From a virus: DNA of 64,000 nt. The stretch lies in IMG/VR virus record IMGVR_UViG_3300020473_000017, one strand, 5' to 3'. Shown one piece after another: positions 47,891-58,586 of the stretch. The translations under genes and the position numbers were made by a program. The stretch's first letter is position 1. Each line of letters begins with the position of its first letter. Under the pieces are notes generated by a model. It saw only the letters and a list, made by a program, of their open reading frames with translations, did not search any database and was not told where the DNA came from.

Positions 47891-48546
47891 TTTCCTTCAT
47901 TGGTTACTCTTTTCATAATTATATCCCATGCGTCAAACATAGTAAATGACCTGAACCTATTGTTCTGATTAAGTTCTTTAATCAAACGTTCAGGTGGATC
48001 CTTCTTATCTAATTTAAAATTAGAATCAGACTTCTTAGAATATAGTCTGAAATAATACAGTGGTGTTCCTTTTGGTAAGTATACATCTTTCTGTAATACT
48101 TTTACTCCAACTACAAGGGGTCTATACCATACAGATATAGGAAAGGTAGCAGGTACCAAGTCCAACCCAAACCTAGAAAGCAAAGGATGAGGAATCTGTT
48201 CAATCCATACATCTTTATCATTTGTCCATATAGACATTGTATACTTCATTTGAAGTTCTGGCAAGTCCCCACTTAGCCAATTTTCACCTAAGTGAAAGTA
48301 ATCATCATATGATTCTTGACTTAGACTGGTTTCTATGTTATTATCCTTGATCTTAAATCCAAGATCAAATGGTTGTGTAACTACCCATGTATTATCACCC
48401 CACTTCTTCCATGCAGGACATTTGGCATGATCATATTTCATATCATACCCAGTTCTATATTTCGTTGGTGGATCTACAAATTCAGGTGGAAATGGATCAG
48501 TTTCCTGTCCTTCTCCTATTCTATAGGACCAATATACTTGCTTCAC
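47869..48546 (-). CDS. Hypothetical protein
   Basis: KCPAW, PFDL, KGTPLYY, GKCP motifs. Confidence 0.7.
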   Translation of the reverse strand: MKQVYWSYRIGEGQETDPFPPEFVDPPTKYRTGYDMKYDHAKCPAWKKWGDNTWVVTQPFDLGFKIKDNNIETSLSQESYDDYFHLGENWLSGDLPELQMKYTMSIWTNDKDVWIEQIPHPLLSRFGLDLVPATFPISVWYRPLVVGVKVLQKDVYLPKGTPLYYFRLYSKKSDSNFKLDKKDPPERLIKELNQNNRFRSFTMFDAWDIIMKRVTNEGKCPIKWN

Positions 48547-49022
48547 TTTTCAAAGTAACTGATATTTAATACCATCCTACGATCTACATCAGTAGCGGGA
48601 ACACCTCTATGTTTCAAGTTAGTGTCAAATATAACTGCAGTGTTTGATTCACTATACACCTTCTCACCAGTTTCAAACTCAGTATATCCATTATTAGTAT
48701 TCAAATAAAGAACACAAGTCTTGCTTGGTGTGGATATCTGCCAATCAGTATGCCATTCTTGCTCTGGTGCTTTAGATGGTGTAGCATTTAATTTTACTCT
48801 TAATATTGCAATCACCCCTAACTTATTAGTTGCTTCCATGAGACACCTATTAATGGTAGGATTCATTGCACTAGAAAATTGGTGATCAAAATACAGTAAA
48901 TTTATATACTGCTCTGGTTCTCCTTGTGATTGTGTCCAAAACCATGGAAAGTTTGGACTATTAAACTGAGTGTATAACTCATTAAACGTGGCTTGATGGA
49001 GAAAGTGACTAATCACTTGCAT
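48543..49022 (-). CDS. 2OG-Fe(II) oxygenase
   Basis: [28 protein letters not shown]. Confidence 0.85.
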   Translation of the reverse strand: MQVISHFLHQATFNELYTQFNSPNFPWFWTQSQGEPEQYINLLYFDHQFSSAMNPTINRCLMEATNKLGVIAILRVKLNATPSKAPEQEWHTDWQISTPSKTCVLYLNTNNGYTEFETGEKVYSESNTAVIFDTNLKHRGVPATDVDRRMVLNISYFEK

Positions 49023-49527
49023 CTTCTTTCTCCTCTTCTTCAATCGCTTTATCCAATTCTTCAGCAGTTATTGTATTCGCAGAACCAATACCTTTACCTG
49101 GTGGGTTCTTCATAAAAGGACTATCAGGATGAGGTACTTTAGTTGGTGCACTCGTAGTTTTGAGATACTTAGCCTTCAATGCCTTCTTACTTGGCTTCTT
49201 ACCTTTATTTGCTTTCGCTTTCTTAATAACTTCTATGGCATCACCAACTGTGACGATCTCACCCGCCATCTCATCTGGTATCTCAACTCCAAAACATTCT
49301 TCTAAGAACATAACGAGTTCAACCATATCCAATGAGTCTAGCATTAGGTCATCACCTAACTTAGAATCCCAAGTAACTTCTATCTCATTACCATCTTCAT
49401 CTTTGGCTCTATCCATCAAGGTTTCCTTGATAGCCATCTTTGCTATCTTAAGCATAGTTTGCTTAGATATGCGTTTTGATGCTTTGAGCATCGCTCTGAT
49501 TTCAGAGTATGTCTTGTTATAAGCCAT
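49009..49527 (-). CDS. acpP: Acyl carrier protein with N- and C-terminal extensions
   Basis: [28 protein letters not shown]...TVGDAI. Confidence 0.88.
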   Translation of the reverse strand: MAYNKTYSEIRAMLKASKRISKQTMLKIAKMAIKETLMDRAKDEDGNEIEVTWDSKLGDDLMLDSLDMVELVMFLEECFGVEIPDEMAGEIVTVGDAIEVIKKAKANKGKKPSKKALKAKYLKTTSAPTKVPHPDSPFMKNPPGKGIGSANTITAEELDKAIEEEEKEDASD

Positions 49528-49712
49528 TAAACGTAAACTACTTCATCATTTTGACACTGATCTCGAACGACATCGAGAATACGAATGAATTGGTCACCAT
49601 CGTCACAATTTATGACTTTGGTATTTCCTTCACTACTTAGTAGTGTAAACCTTTTAGATGGAATGTCAACCGTCACCTTATCAAGGTATTCATCTCCAAG
49701 ATCTAGATACAT
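49527..49712 (-). CDS. Conserved cyanophage-type hypothetical protein
   Basis: Start placed downstream of the promoter. Confidence 0.7.
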   Translation of the reverse strand: MYLDLGDEYLDKVTVDIPSKRFTLLSSEGNTKVINCDDGDQFIRILDVVRDQCQNDEVVYV

Positions 49713-49735
49713 AGGGCAAAAAGGCGATTGATATA

Positions 49736-49793
49736 ATTGTAGCAGATTAAGAGAGGTTTGTAAAGTAGGGTGTGTCACTTACACGACTGGCAC
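49736..49793 (-). promoter_or_regulatory. Palindromic-box promoter with TTTACA-N17-TACAAT
   Basis: GTGTCACT-N6-ACTGGCAC at 49772-49793, 30 nt to the -10. Confidence 0.8.
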
Positions 49794-49986
49794 GTCTGTT
49801 CACTTCTTTTGCTTTATCTAAAAGGGCTAGACCTGCGTTTCTATTGTCCTGCATCGTTCTTACAATATTTTCTCTATTTGTTTCTTCTTTTACAATTTCT
49901 TCGACGTATTCGTCTAAATGTTTAGCAAGAATAGCTTTTAGGAACACAGCCTCTTGCTTGGTTACTGACATGTGAAAAGTTGTCAT
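49747..49986 (-). CDS. Hypothetical protein
   Basis: ORF track. Confidence 0.6.
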   Translation of the reverse strand: MTTFHMSVTKQEAVFLKAILAKHLDEYVEEIVKEETNRENIVRTMQDNRNAGLALLDKAKEVNRRASRVSDTPYFTNLS

Positions 49987-50007
49987 CTTGTGTGTTGTAA
50001 ACAATCA

Positions 50008-50877
50008 TCAATTCAAATATATCTCCTCACCAGCAACATTTACGTTGCCACCTGCAGAAATATTAAAATTGCCACTAGTACTCAGTGAGTTATTACCAGT
50101 GACGCTAACGTCATAACTACTGTTTGGAGGGGGTGTATCAACCATATCTACTGGTTGCCCTCCATCTATACAGTCATAGGAATTACCAACCACTTTTTCT
50201 GTGTGTTTTCCTTTCACTTCAGTGAATTTATTACCCACTGTTTTGTCATAACGACATCCGACTGCTTCTGATCTTATGTTGCCCTCGGCATATGTATCGA
50301 TTGCACCAATAGGATCCAATTGGTTAATTGAGTGGAATTTTTGTACATATTCCTCACGAATTGTATGTCTTGATTCATACAACTTACTAATATTCTCATA
50401 TTTAGCAGATTCGACCCTAAAAGTCTTGTCTGTTTTAAATGCTAGACTAGTTTTTGTATTAAGGCTATACACTCCACCCACTGTTAAATTGTAATCACCG
50501 TCACATGTCGTATTCAAATCACCTTCACATTCTATCTCAGTATTACCTTCAACAGTCATTCTAACATCACCTTTGATGTTAATTACTAACATATGTTTTG
50601 TTGGATCTTCACCCACATCCAAAGTCATGCTTTCTTTAGCAAGCATATGGATATCCTTATGAGCAAAGATGTCAGTACTACCCTTGACATCCATGTCAAT
50701 ATAGTTTTTAGTAGTACCATGAATTAGACGAACCCTTTCACCTTTCGGTGTATTGTTCATCTCTATCATATGACCACATGATGTGCTTTGCACAAAATTC
50801 TTTGGCCATACAATAGGGTTATTTACTGAAGAACCACTCTCCTCTGTACCATCTTTAAATCCTGTTAGTTCTGTCAT
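50008..50877 (-). CDS. gp5 C-terminal beta-helix spike portion as a separate gene
   Basis: GHMIEMNNTPKGERVRLIHG, VxG repeats, ends IYLN. Confidence 0.8.
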   Translation of the reverse strand: MTELTGFKDGTEESGSSVNNPIVWPKNFVQSTSCGHMIEMNNTPKGERVRLIHGTTKNYIDMDVKGSTDIFAHKDIHMLAKESMTLDVGEDPTKHMLVINIKGDVRMTVEGNTEIECEGDLNTTCDGDYNLTVGGVYSLNTKTSLAFKTDKTFRVESAKYENISKLYESRHTIREEYVQKFHSINQLDPIGAIDTYAEGNIRSEAVGCRYDKTVGNKFTEVKGKHTEKVVGNSYDCIDGGQPVDMVDTPPPNSSYDVSVTGNNSLSTSGNFNISAGGNVNVAGEEIYLN

Positions 50878-53393
50878 ACCTGTTTCTCCAATGCTGGATG
50901 ACCTACACAATCAATATATGATTCTAGTCCTAGGAGTTTTTCCCTAACCTTAATAGGTCCAGCATAACTATAACCCAGTATAACAGTACCACCTGCTCCT
51001 TGTCCACCCTCAGTGTCCTCAACTTTTGCTGTAACAAAACCAATAACCTTTTCTGATAGAACAGGCTTGACTAATCTACCCTGTTCATCTATAGTCATTT
51101 CACCAATTTTCTTCTTATCAGGGCCAGTACCTATTGTTATAATAGGTTTCTTATAACCAGTACCCACATTAACAGGTTTAATCTCTTCAACTATAGGAAT
51201 AAGATCACCACACTCAGCATATACTGCCTTAGCATCATCTGGTACAACCAAATCAGCATACTTTTCAGTATAGTTAAGTGTGAAAGTATCCCCAGATACT
51301 GTCTGTAACACCATACCATTTTGAATATTAACATGATATGTTGGATCTAAAGTAGCAATAATCATGTTATCTTCTGAATAATCAACATCAACTACCTGCA
51401 TTACATCTGGTTTACTGGGATTCTCTTGACCATCTGCAGACGATACTAAGAATAATGGTTGACCATTCTCAACTACTTGTGCTACATTACCTTTTGGTAT
51501 TATATAATTATACTGTTCTTTAGGACAGTATGTTTCAGCAGGATCAAATCCATATCCAATACCAGGTTCTATAACATCAATAGATTCTATCTTACCATCT
51601 TTAATGTTAGGTTTAAAGACAGCACCACCACCTTCAGGTTCATTACATGTGAACTGTGCACGAACTGTAGCTTCAAGACTTACATTTTTACCTTTCTTCC
51701 TTACCCATGAACCAACAATAGATCCAATTCTATCAACAATAGGTAATGCTTTGATAGGGGCAGTGGATTGTAAATTATCCCATACCATTTCAGGGAAACA
51801 TGGTTTCTTATTCTTATTACCAGAATTACAATTCAAAGATGCTGATGGGAAACCACCAAGAGGATTAAGTTTAAAGTTTTCAAACGCTTCAAGTGGACCT
51901 CCAATCTTGAAATCCATAGAAGCAATACCACTAAGTTTTCCAGCAGCCGACGCTAAAGGAACTAAAGCACCAGTCTTTACATTAAATACTGACTTCACTC
52001 CACCCATCATTCCAGCAGCAAATGCTCCTTTCAGATTACCTGTTGTAGGAACAAAACCCATAGGTGGTTTAGTTGGCCAAGTATCCATCTTCTTAGCAGC
52101 TGCATCTTTACCTTTGGCTTTAGGTCCATGACATGTTTCATATGTACTAGCACCAACAGCACATGATAATGAACCTTCGCAGAAAAGATCCAAGATTGAT
52201 AAAGCATCTTTAAGTAATGATTGAATCTTATCCATAGCACCCTTAATAGCTGACATCAAACCATCAATCATTCCTAATGCCTTGTCAATCAGATCCATTA
52301 ACTTATTCATAATGGCATTAATAAAATCTTGTATCAAACAAAGGAACATATCAAGGACATTATTAAAGAGATCGGTGAGTAAGCCTTTAATAAAATCTTT
52401 GAGTTGATTCAATAAATCACCAAACACACAATTAACTACCTTGGCAAGACCTTCAAGATTAGCTTTAATAGGGCCAGTTAACTTAGGATTTGGTGTAGGG
52501 ATCTTCATCAGCTGATCATCAATTATGTCACCGACTCTCGCTAGAGCAACACCTTTAATCTTACCTGTTATACCTCTAAGTTTAGTAGTAACACGACTAG
52601 TTATAGTGTTGATCTTACCTGTAACATCCGCAACCCTACCTGTTGCCTTGTCAACAAATTCACCAATAGCGTTCTTTTCAACACCACGGGAAAACTTCAT
52701 AAACTCAAGTAGTGGTCCTTCTAGTTTAGTTGCAACATCTGTACCACATTTACCATTACCCATTTGTACGGTATAACATTTAGATGATTCAGCATAATCT
52801 TGAAGTTTGCTTGTTATTTCACCTTCACCTCTTGGATTGATTGTTGAATCTTCACTTTCACCTTCAGTTGTTTGTGCTTCTTCTACAGGTACTTGATTGC
52901 CAGTCTTTGAATCTACAGTAACATTAGATCCACTTCCAGGTACACCAGTACCTTGACCAGCGTGAACATTAGGAACATAATCAGCTGCTACTAACTTAGG
53001 AAATAACTCCTCCTCTCCTTCTTTTTCTGCAGTTTTATATGCACCTTTAGGATTCTCATCACCAACAGAACCCAACACTATTGGTACTTGTGCAGCAGCA
53101 CCATCCATAAAGAAACCAACAACCCAACCATTAATTTGAAGTTGATGTACTGTACCAATTCCAGATCTTTGTGGGAACATATTGGGCATCATTACCATAG
53201 ACCATGGTAAATCTTTAGTAGGAAGTTCCTTTCTACTTGGATTATGATATCCTACAATTCTAACTTTTACTTTATTAGTTTCATCCTTATCATCTGGCTC
53301 ATCTTTCGTACCTCCACCACTATTCTCCACCTGGCCAACCCACCAGTTGAACCCATCCTTTCCAATAAAATTAGCAGTTGCTTCGTTCATCAC
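50874..53393 (-). CDS. gp5: Baseplate hub gp5 (N-terminal OB fold; no lysozyme domain recognised)
   Basis: WWVGQVE, KVRIVGYH, DLPW, WVVGFFMDG. Confidence 0.88.
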   Translation of the reverse strand: MMNEATANFIGKDGFNWWVGQVENSGGGTKDEPDDKDETNKVKVRIVGYHNPSRKELPTKDLPWSMVMMPNMFPQRSGIGTVHQLQINGWVVGFFMDGAAAQVPIVLGSVGDENPKGAYKTAEKEGEEELFPKLVAADYVPNVHAGQGTGVPGSGSNVTVDSKTGNQVPVEEAQTTEGESEDSTINPRGEGEITSKLQDYAESSKCYTVQMGNGKCGTDVATKLEGPLLEFMKFSRGVEKNAIGEFVDKATGRVADVTGKINTITSRVTTKLRGITGKIKGVALARVGDIIDDQLMKIPTPNPKLTGPIKANLEGLAKVVNCVFGDLLNQLKDFIKGLLTDLFNNVLDMFLCLIQDFINAIMNKLMDLIDKALGMIDGLMSAIKGAMDKIQSLLKDALSILDLFCEGSLSCAVGASTYETCHGPKAKGKDAAAKKMDTWPTKPPMGFVPTTGNLKGAFAAGMMGGVKSVFNVKTGALVPLASAAGKLSGIASMDFKIGGPLEAFENFKLNPLGGFPSASLNCNSGNKNKKPCFPEMVWDNLQSTAPIKALPIVDRIGSIVGSWVRKKGKNVSLEATVRAQFTCNEPEGGGAVFKPNIKDGKIESIDVIEPGIGYGFDPAETYCPKEQYNYIIPKGNVAQVVENGQPLFLVSSADGQENPSKPDVMQVVDVDYSEDNMIIATLDPTYHVNIQNGMVLQTVSGDTFTLNYTEKYADLVVPDDAKAVYAECGDLIPIVEEIKPVNVGTGYKKPIITIGTGPDKKKIGEMTIDEQGRLVKPVLSEKVIGFVTAKVEDTEGGQGAGGTVILGYSYAGPIKVREKLLGLESYIDCVGHPALEKQV

Positions 53394-54664
53394 TTCAAAG
53401 TATCATCAGTTTTGGTTTGAGAAGTCTCTTTAATATTACCTGGACTATCAGTATATAATGTAGCCTTAGTAGTCATTTGATCATTACTAGAGATAAATTC
53501 TCTTTCTATTTGACCTACAACATATATTCCACTATTATCCCCATCCAATTCCTTATCTTTACCTTTATATGTTGTAAGTTCTACATTATCCCCAACATAC
53601 AAATCTAAATCACCAACAAACTCTACTTCTACTTCTTTACTGTAGAATAGTTTTTCTCTCAATGCTGACTGTGCTACTTGTTTAGTACTATCTTGTGTCA
53701 TAGTACCCTCAGTGAATAATGCAGTATCCATTATCTTAGACATGATTCTAGTAGGTGCTGTAGTTTTCTCAAATTTTTCAAAATATGTAGGTAGATCTAC
53801 ATCACCATTCATTTTGGGAACATCCTTGTAATATTTAGATATGTTAAAGCTATGTTCTATGTAAGACATATCCTTCACATCGAATGTCATAAACTTACTG
53901 CTATATGATCCATAGTTCAATCCCCTTAGTACATCTCCAGCATGTTTCACTCTTAAAGACATAATAGGTATGATAGTTTTATCTGGTTCTCCCAACTCTG
54001 GTTCATCATAACCAACGATCATTTTCCTTCTATATGCCTTTTCTGCAAAAGAATCATACGATAAAAAATTATATCCTAGAGCATTCTCAAAGAAAGCATA
54101 TCCAGCACTAGCATTTGAACCACTACCACTAGAAGGTATTGCTTTAGTTGATAACCACTTAATTATTGTATAAGGTGACCAATAACATGCTACAAAAGAA
54201 AATTTATTCTTAGTTGGAGATATTTCTACAATAGCTCTATCAGTTCCTAGAATATCTGTTAATATATCATCCTCAACTATCTTATCAATACTTTTTCCTC
54301 CACCAGTCCCGAATCTCCGAGAAATTTTTGCAGCTGCATTGTTTATAAGATCTGGAGAACAGCATAGCAAGCTTGCTTTTGACTTTCCATCAACTACTAA
54401 TCTATCTTGAAGATCATACACAACCAAATTCATAGAAAAAACATTCTCTAAATGATCTTCAAACTCAAAATAGATAGGCTCCATACCTTGTACAGCAGAT
54501 AAAGCACCATCTTTACTATCAGTCAATTGAACTTCAATTCTAACTGAAGCACTCTTAATACTCTCAGTATATTTTAAAGAAAGTAATTGATTAATGGTGA
54601 AACCATAATCGGTTCCTTCAACACCAATAGCTATATTCTTAAGTTTAAAATTACCGCTTTTCAT
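53390..54664 (-). CDS. Baseplate hub protein (gp27-like)
   Basis: YTESIKS, FFEN..GYNF.S, SGIYVV; synteny. Confidence 0.7.
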   Translation of the reverse strand: MKSGNFKLKNIAIGVEGTDYGFTINQLLSLKYTESIKSASVRIEVQLTDSKDGALSAVQGMEPIYFEFEDHLENVFSMNLVVYDLQDRLVVDGKSKASLLCCSPDLINNAAAKISRRFGTGGGKSIDKIVEDDILTDILGTDRAIVEISPTKNKFSFVACYWSPYTIIKWLSTKAIPSSGSGSNASAGYAFFENALGYNFLSYDSFAEKAYRRKMIVGYDEPELGEPDKTIIPIMSLRVKHAGDVLRGLNYGSYSSKFMTFDVKDMSYIEHSFNISKYYKDVPKMNGDVDLPTYFEKFEKTTAPTRIMSKIMDTALFTEGTMTQDSTKQVAQSALREKLFYSKEVEVEFVGDLDLYVGDNVELTTYKGKDKELDGDNSGIYVVGQIEREFISSNDQMTTKATLYTDSPGNIKETSQTKTDDTLK

Positions 54665-56053
54665 TTATCCAAACTGTGACATTAATGCGTATTCATCAAA
54701 CACATGAGACTTAATAGTACTGGCGATAGCATCTGCAAATCCACTCTCAGCTTTCATATTTGGTACGGATGGTTGTGGTTTATTAGCAGCTATTTGTTCT
54801 ACTTCTTTTTGAACCTGTGTATTCTCTATCATTAGAAGATCATTAGCTTCATTTATAACAGTGTCAGTTAAAATAGCTATCTTACTATCTCCAGTAGCTA
54901 GAGAAGCCATTGAATTGAGTATATTATCACCACCAACGTTATTAACACTACTCATCAACTGATTCATCAACTGATTAGTAGTATTAGTACGATTAAGCAT
55001 CTGTCCAAGTGGAGTACTTGTATCAGTGCTGGTTCTAGTACCAGTACGAGCTTTATTCCCTTCTTCTAATCCCTTCTGTGTACCACCAAAAGGATTAAGA
55101 ATACTAAATCTATTACCACCACTAGTCCTGCTATCAGCAATATTAGTTGAATTTGTAATACTCTTCATCCAAGTATTATCACCAGCAATAGAAGAACCAG
55201 TAGATCCAGGTGAACCGTTAGCACCATTGGCACCGTTAATACCTGGTGCACCATTTTTACCCATACCTAAGAAATTATTAACCCCATTATTAACTACACT
55301 CTGGAACAAATTATTAGATGCAGTATCACCAACCTGTGTAACATTCTCACTAGAAATACCAAGACTCTTACTAATGCTATTAAGATTGTTGTTTACAATA
55401 TTGTTTATATTCCCACCAATGCCTATTTGTGGAATCATCTTAAAGACTTGCATCAATCCAGCAGCTGCAGCCTTCATAGGTAGTGCTAGTGATGCACCAA
55501 ATGCTTCTTTTAAACGTCCATCTATTTGGAAATCTTTTTCTATCTTATCTGATATATTCTTTTGGAAGGTATCATCAAATCCACTCTCTGCTAGTGATAG
55601 ATTAGATGGATTATCAACTGGTGAAAATGCACTATCAAGACCAGCACCACCAGTTAAACCACCTCGTGCAAATTTCTGAGTAGGTGCACTATTATCACCA
55701 AGGCTTGTACCTAGATCACTACCTTCTGCACTAGGTCCACCATCATCCCAATGTTTATCTGGAGTCCCACCCTGAACATTATTAAAGCTAACCTCATCAG
55801 GCATTGCAGGAGAGTTTGGAGAAATATCTGGACCTCCTCCTTCCATAGCAGCAATCATTGGAGCTGACTGCTCTTGTTCTCGCATGAGAAAATCCTGATA
55901 GCGATCCTGCTGGAACATAGATTGCAATAGAGCCTCTCTATCTTCTATAAGTTCCTTAATGTTTAGAAGACATTTATATATGTGAGATAAGGATATATCA
56001 CTCTTATCATCTGAATCTGGTGCCGTTGATGGTGGTGCTACTGGTAATGTCAT
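54665..56053 (-). CDS. Hub / tape-measure-associated protein
   Basis: Low-complexity N/G/S-rich sequence; synteny. Confidence 0.55.
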   Translation of the reverse strand: MTLPVAPPSTAPDSDDKSDISLSHIYKCLLNIKELIEDREALLQSMFQQDRYQDFLMREQEQSAPMIAAMEGGGPDISPNSPAMPDEVSFNNVQGGTPDKHWDDGGPSAEGSDLGTSLGDNSAPTQKFARGGLTGGAGLDSAFSPVDNPSNLSLAESGFDDTFQKNISDKIEKDFQIDGRLKEAFGASLALPMKAAAAGLMQVFKMIPQIGIGGNINNIVNNNLNSISKSLGISSENVTQVGDTASNNLFQSVVNNGVNNFLGMGKNGAPGINGANGANGSPGSTGSSIAGDNTWMKSITNSTNIADSRTSGGNRFSILNPFGGTQKGLEEGNKARTGTRTSTDTSTPLGQMLNRTNTTNQLMNQLMSSVNNVGGDNILNSMASLATGDSKIAILTDTVINEANDLLMIENTQVQKEVEQIAANKPQPSVPNMKAESGFADAIASTIKSHVFDEYALMSQFG

Positions 56054-58401
56054 GATAATCTAACTCCTTTGCCTTGATCAGATATAATCAAAGAACTCAA
56101 TTTGGCTATTGGTACTTCCTTCTCAACAGTTTTTGTAACCAATTGTGGTATATACTCTGGTACTGGTACAACCACTGACTTTACCATCGCTTTCTTTGTT
56201 TGTAATACTGGAGTTTGATTAATATTTTCAACATTTTTCTTAGGACTTGGTTTTATATTTGGTGACATAGAAGATTTACTCGGCGATGGTCCAACAAGAC
56301 CACCACCATTAAATCCTTGAACTAAACCACCACCATTCATTTTAGCACTAGCAGATATATCAGCACTTAAAGCATCTAGTTCAAGTTGCTCCTTGAGTTC
56401 TAGTGCAAATCTTGCTTCAGGGTTTGATGCAAGATACGCTTGCTTATCTTCTTCTGTCAGTACACCCATTGATCCTCGGAAAATAGTTTCAGCACCTTTT
56501 GTTTTTTGCTCCCATGTGGATTTCGTCATGGTATTAAAATCCATATCAGTATGTGATGTTTCTTTTATTCCACCACCATAATATTCTGCACCCATTGCTT
56601 TTGTAAGTTCCACACCCTCCGCATAAGTTATTTTATCTAAAGGGGGTAATCCTAGAATTTCTGTTCGTTCTTTATTAACCCAATAAAGCGTCTCTGCTTC
56701 GATTCTTGCTTTTTCTTCTTTGTCAGTTAGAACACCCCTAGTATGTCCTAACTTTTCGCTCATAGTTTGTACCTTACCACCTTCATTGAATCCACCGCTA
56801 ACAGTTGGTCTATTTGTTCCACCTCCAGCAGCATTCATTGAAGCTAATGTACTAGCACCAAATTTCTTAACTGCACCCTTACTCATGACAAATTCACCAG
56901 CAGTTAATCGTGCGGGAACTTTATCTATACCAGAAGGACCAGATACAAAACCACCAGAATTAAGTTTCTGTTCTATATTAGTGGTTTCAGTATTACTTGC
57001 CTTTACATCAACCTGTTGAATTTCTGGAACTTTTGGTGTTTCAGCCTGAATATCTGACGTACCAACTATACTTTGAAGTTTCTTTGCCTCTTTTAATACT
57101 GAAGCAACAGCAGAAGAACCTGATAATGGACTAAGGAATGATATGGTAGCACCTACCATAACAGATGCACCTTCTCTATAAACTGCAGCGAGTGCATCAC
57201 CAATCTTACTCATTGGTAGAATCACTTCTGCTTCTTGTGCCTCACCAACTAATGCCTTAGATCCACCTAGCATACCTCTTGTTGGTGAATTAATAACCGA
57301 TCCACCTGATCTACCACCTACAAGACTACCAAATTTGTTCTTGTTTGTCGGATTATTAGGTCCACCCTTTTCAAATCCCTTATTTTCAGGATCAAGTTGT
57401 TCATAAGTGTAATCAACTATCTTTTGCCCTGCTTTATCACAAGCCCAAGCACCTGCTATACCACCACCTAACCACAACAATCCACCTAATACTTGAGAGT
57501 ATCCTGTTGGAGCTGCCAACAATGGTCCACTAACTGATAAAGTTGCTGAAGAACCTAACGCGAATCCTTTCCAACCACAAGCAGTAGTTACTGCAGTTTC
57601 TGTTAGAGCTCTATCTACTCTTTTATTTTCATTCGTCCTCTTGTTCTTATAATCCAGGTATGAAAGTGCACCCAACAGTAATTTACCACCATTATTTCTT
57701 ACAGGTTTTGGTAGTTTTTGGTATAAATTCTGAATATTTATCTTTCTGGGATCGATATTCTTTAATAACTTTGGTACTTCTACCTTTGGTATTATCCTCT
57801 TAGCTTTATCTACTACCATACCTGGCCATCTGGCATGTTTAGTAGCCCATAAAGGACGATTAGGTATATTAGCAGCAAGCTTATCAAATTGACGGAAAAT
57901 TATATTAGAACCCTTAGAACTCTTCCTAGCAATTTCAAGTGCTTGCTTTACATTTTGATTATTTGCTCTTGCTCTTCTGTATACATCTATCTGTGATTTA
58001 GTAAGACCAAACTTATTCATCAACTTCTTATCAGTCAGCCTTCTAAGCCTATTCTTCATGAATTGAGCTCTTGTTTGAGGCTTCGTTGGTGGTCTACGGA
58101 GAAATGGTACATAATTTCCTGGTCTAGGTCTGGCTCTTCTCTTATCTCTTGAATAATCTGTAATTGATGTACTTCCACGTTCGCCATCAAGTCCAACACC
58201 AAAACCACCACCATTACGATTACGTAGATATTCAATATACTCATACTCAGTGTCTAGGAATTCACCCATAGACTTACGAAATTTCTTAGTAACATCATAT
58301 ACATGCTCAAGATTAATATTTTCGTCAGCATCATCTGAAGATCCACCACGAAGTAGACCCCCTAAAAACTTTAAAATTTTATTTTCCTTCTTTGGAGCCA
58401 T
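56050..58401 (-). CDS. gp29 / tape-measure-like protein
   Basis: Gly-rich hydrophobic segment, GPSGIDKVPARLTAGEFVM motif; follows gp26-gp51. Confidence 0.6.
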   Translation of the reverse strand: MAPKKENKILKFLGGLLRGGSSDDADENINLEHVYDVTKKFRKSMGEFLDTEYEYIEYLRNRNGGGFGVGLDGERGSTSITDYSRDKRRARPRPGNYVPFLRRPPTKPQTRAQFMKNRLRRLTDKKLMNKFGLTKSQIDVYRRARANNQNVKQALEIARKSSKGSNIIFRQFDKLAANIPNRPLWATKHARWPGMVVDKAKRIIPKVEVPKLLKNIDPRKINIQNLYQKLPKPVRNNGGKLLLGALSYLDYKNKRTNENKRVDRALTETAVTTACGWKGFALGSSATLSVSGPLLAAPTGYSQVLGGLLWLGGGIAGAWACDKAGQKIVDYTYEQLDPENKGFEKGGPNNPTNKNKFGSLVGGRSGGSVINSPTRGMLGGSKALVGEAQEAEVILPMSKIGDALAAVYREGASVMVGATISFLSPLSGSSAVASVLKEAKKLQSIVGTSDIQAETPKVPEIQQVDVKASNTETTNIEQKLNSGGFVSGPSGIDKVPARLTAGEFVMSKGAVKKFGASTLASMNAAGGGTNRPTVSGGFNEGGKVQTMSEKLGHTRGVLTDKEEKARIEAETLYWVNKERTEILGLPPLDKITYAEGVELTKAMGAEYYGGGIKETSHTDMDFNTMTKSTWEQKTKGAETIFRGSMGVLTEEDKQAYLASNPEARFALELKEQLELDALSADISASAKMNGGGLVQGFNGGGLVGPSPSKSSMSPNIKPSPKKNVENINQTPVLQTKKAMVKSVVVPVPEYIPQLVTKTVEKEVPIAKLSSLIISDQGKGVRLS

Positions 58402-58566
58402 TTAATGCTTACGCTTTTGTTCCTCTATTCGCTCTCTTTCCTTCTGTAGGTGAGAGGATAATAAGTTCACATATACTTCCCGTTCCCACGGGATCATATT
58501 TTCAATGTCAGTCAAGCTATATTTATGGTGTTGGACAAGAGAAAAATTTGTTTGATAAAAGGTCAT
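58402..58566 (-). CDS. gp51: Baseplate hub assembly catalyst gp51
   Basis: Not in ORF track; hand-translated FYQTNFSLVQHHKYSLTDIENMIPWEREVYV. Confidence 0.88.
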   Translation of the reverse strand: MTFYQTNFSLVQHHKYSLTDIENMIPWEREVYVNLLSSHLQKERERIEEQKRKH

Positions 58567-58586
58567 CAAGCCCTCATGGAAGAGGG

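Noticed and set aside
50008-53393. Split gp5 without lysozyme as a pseudogene or novelty
   Set aside because: Both ORFs are intact and ATGA-coupled; to my knowledge this layout is usual in cyanomyoviruses
40609-57019. Long + strand ORFs such as 40954..41433, 51604..52131 and 55026..55679
   Set aside because: Antisense shadows of Gly/Thr-rich structural genes
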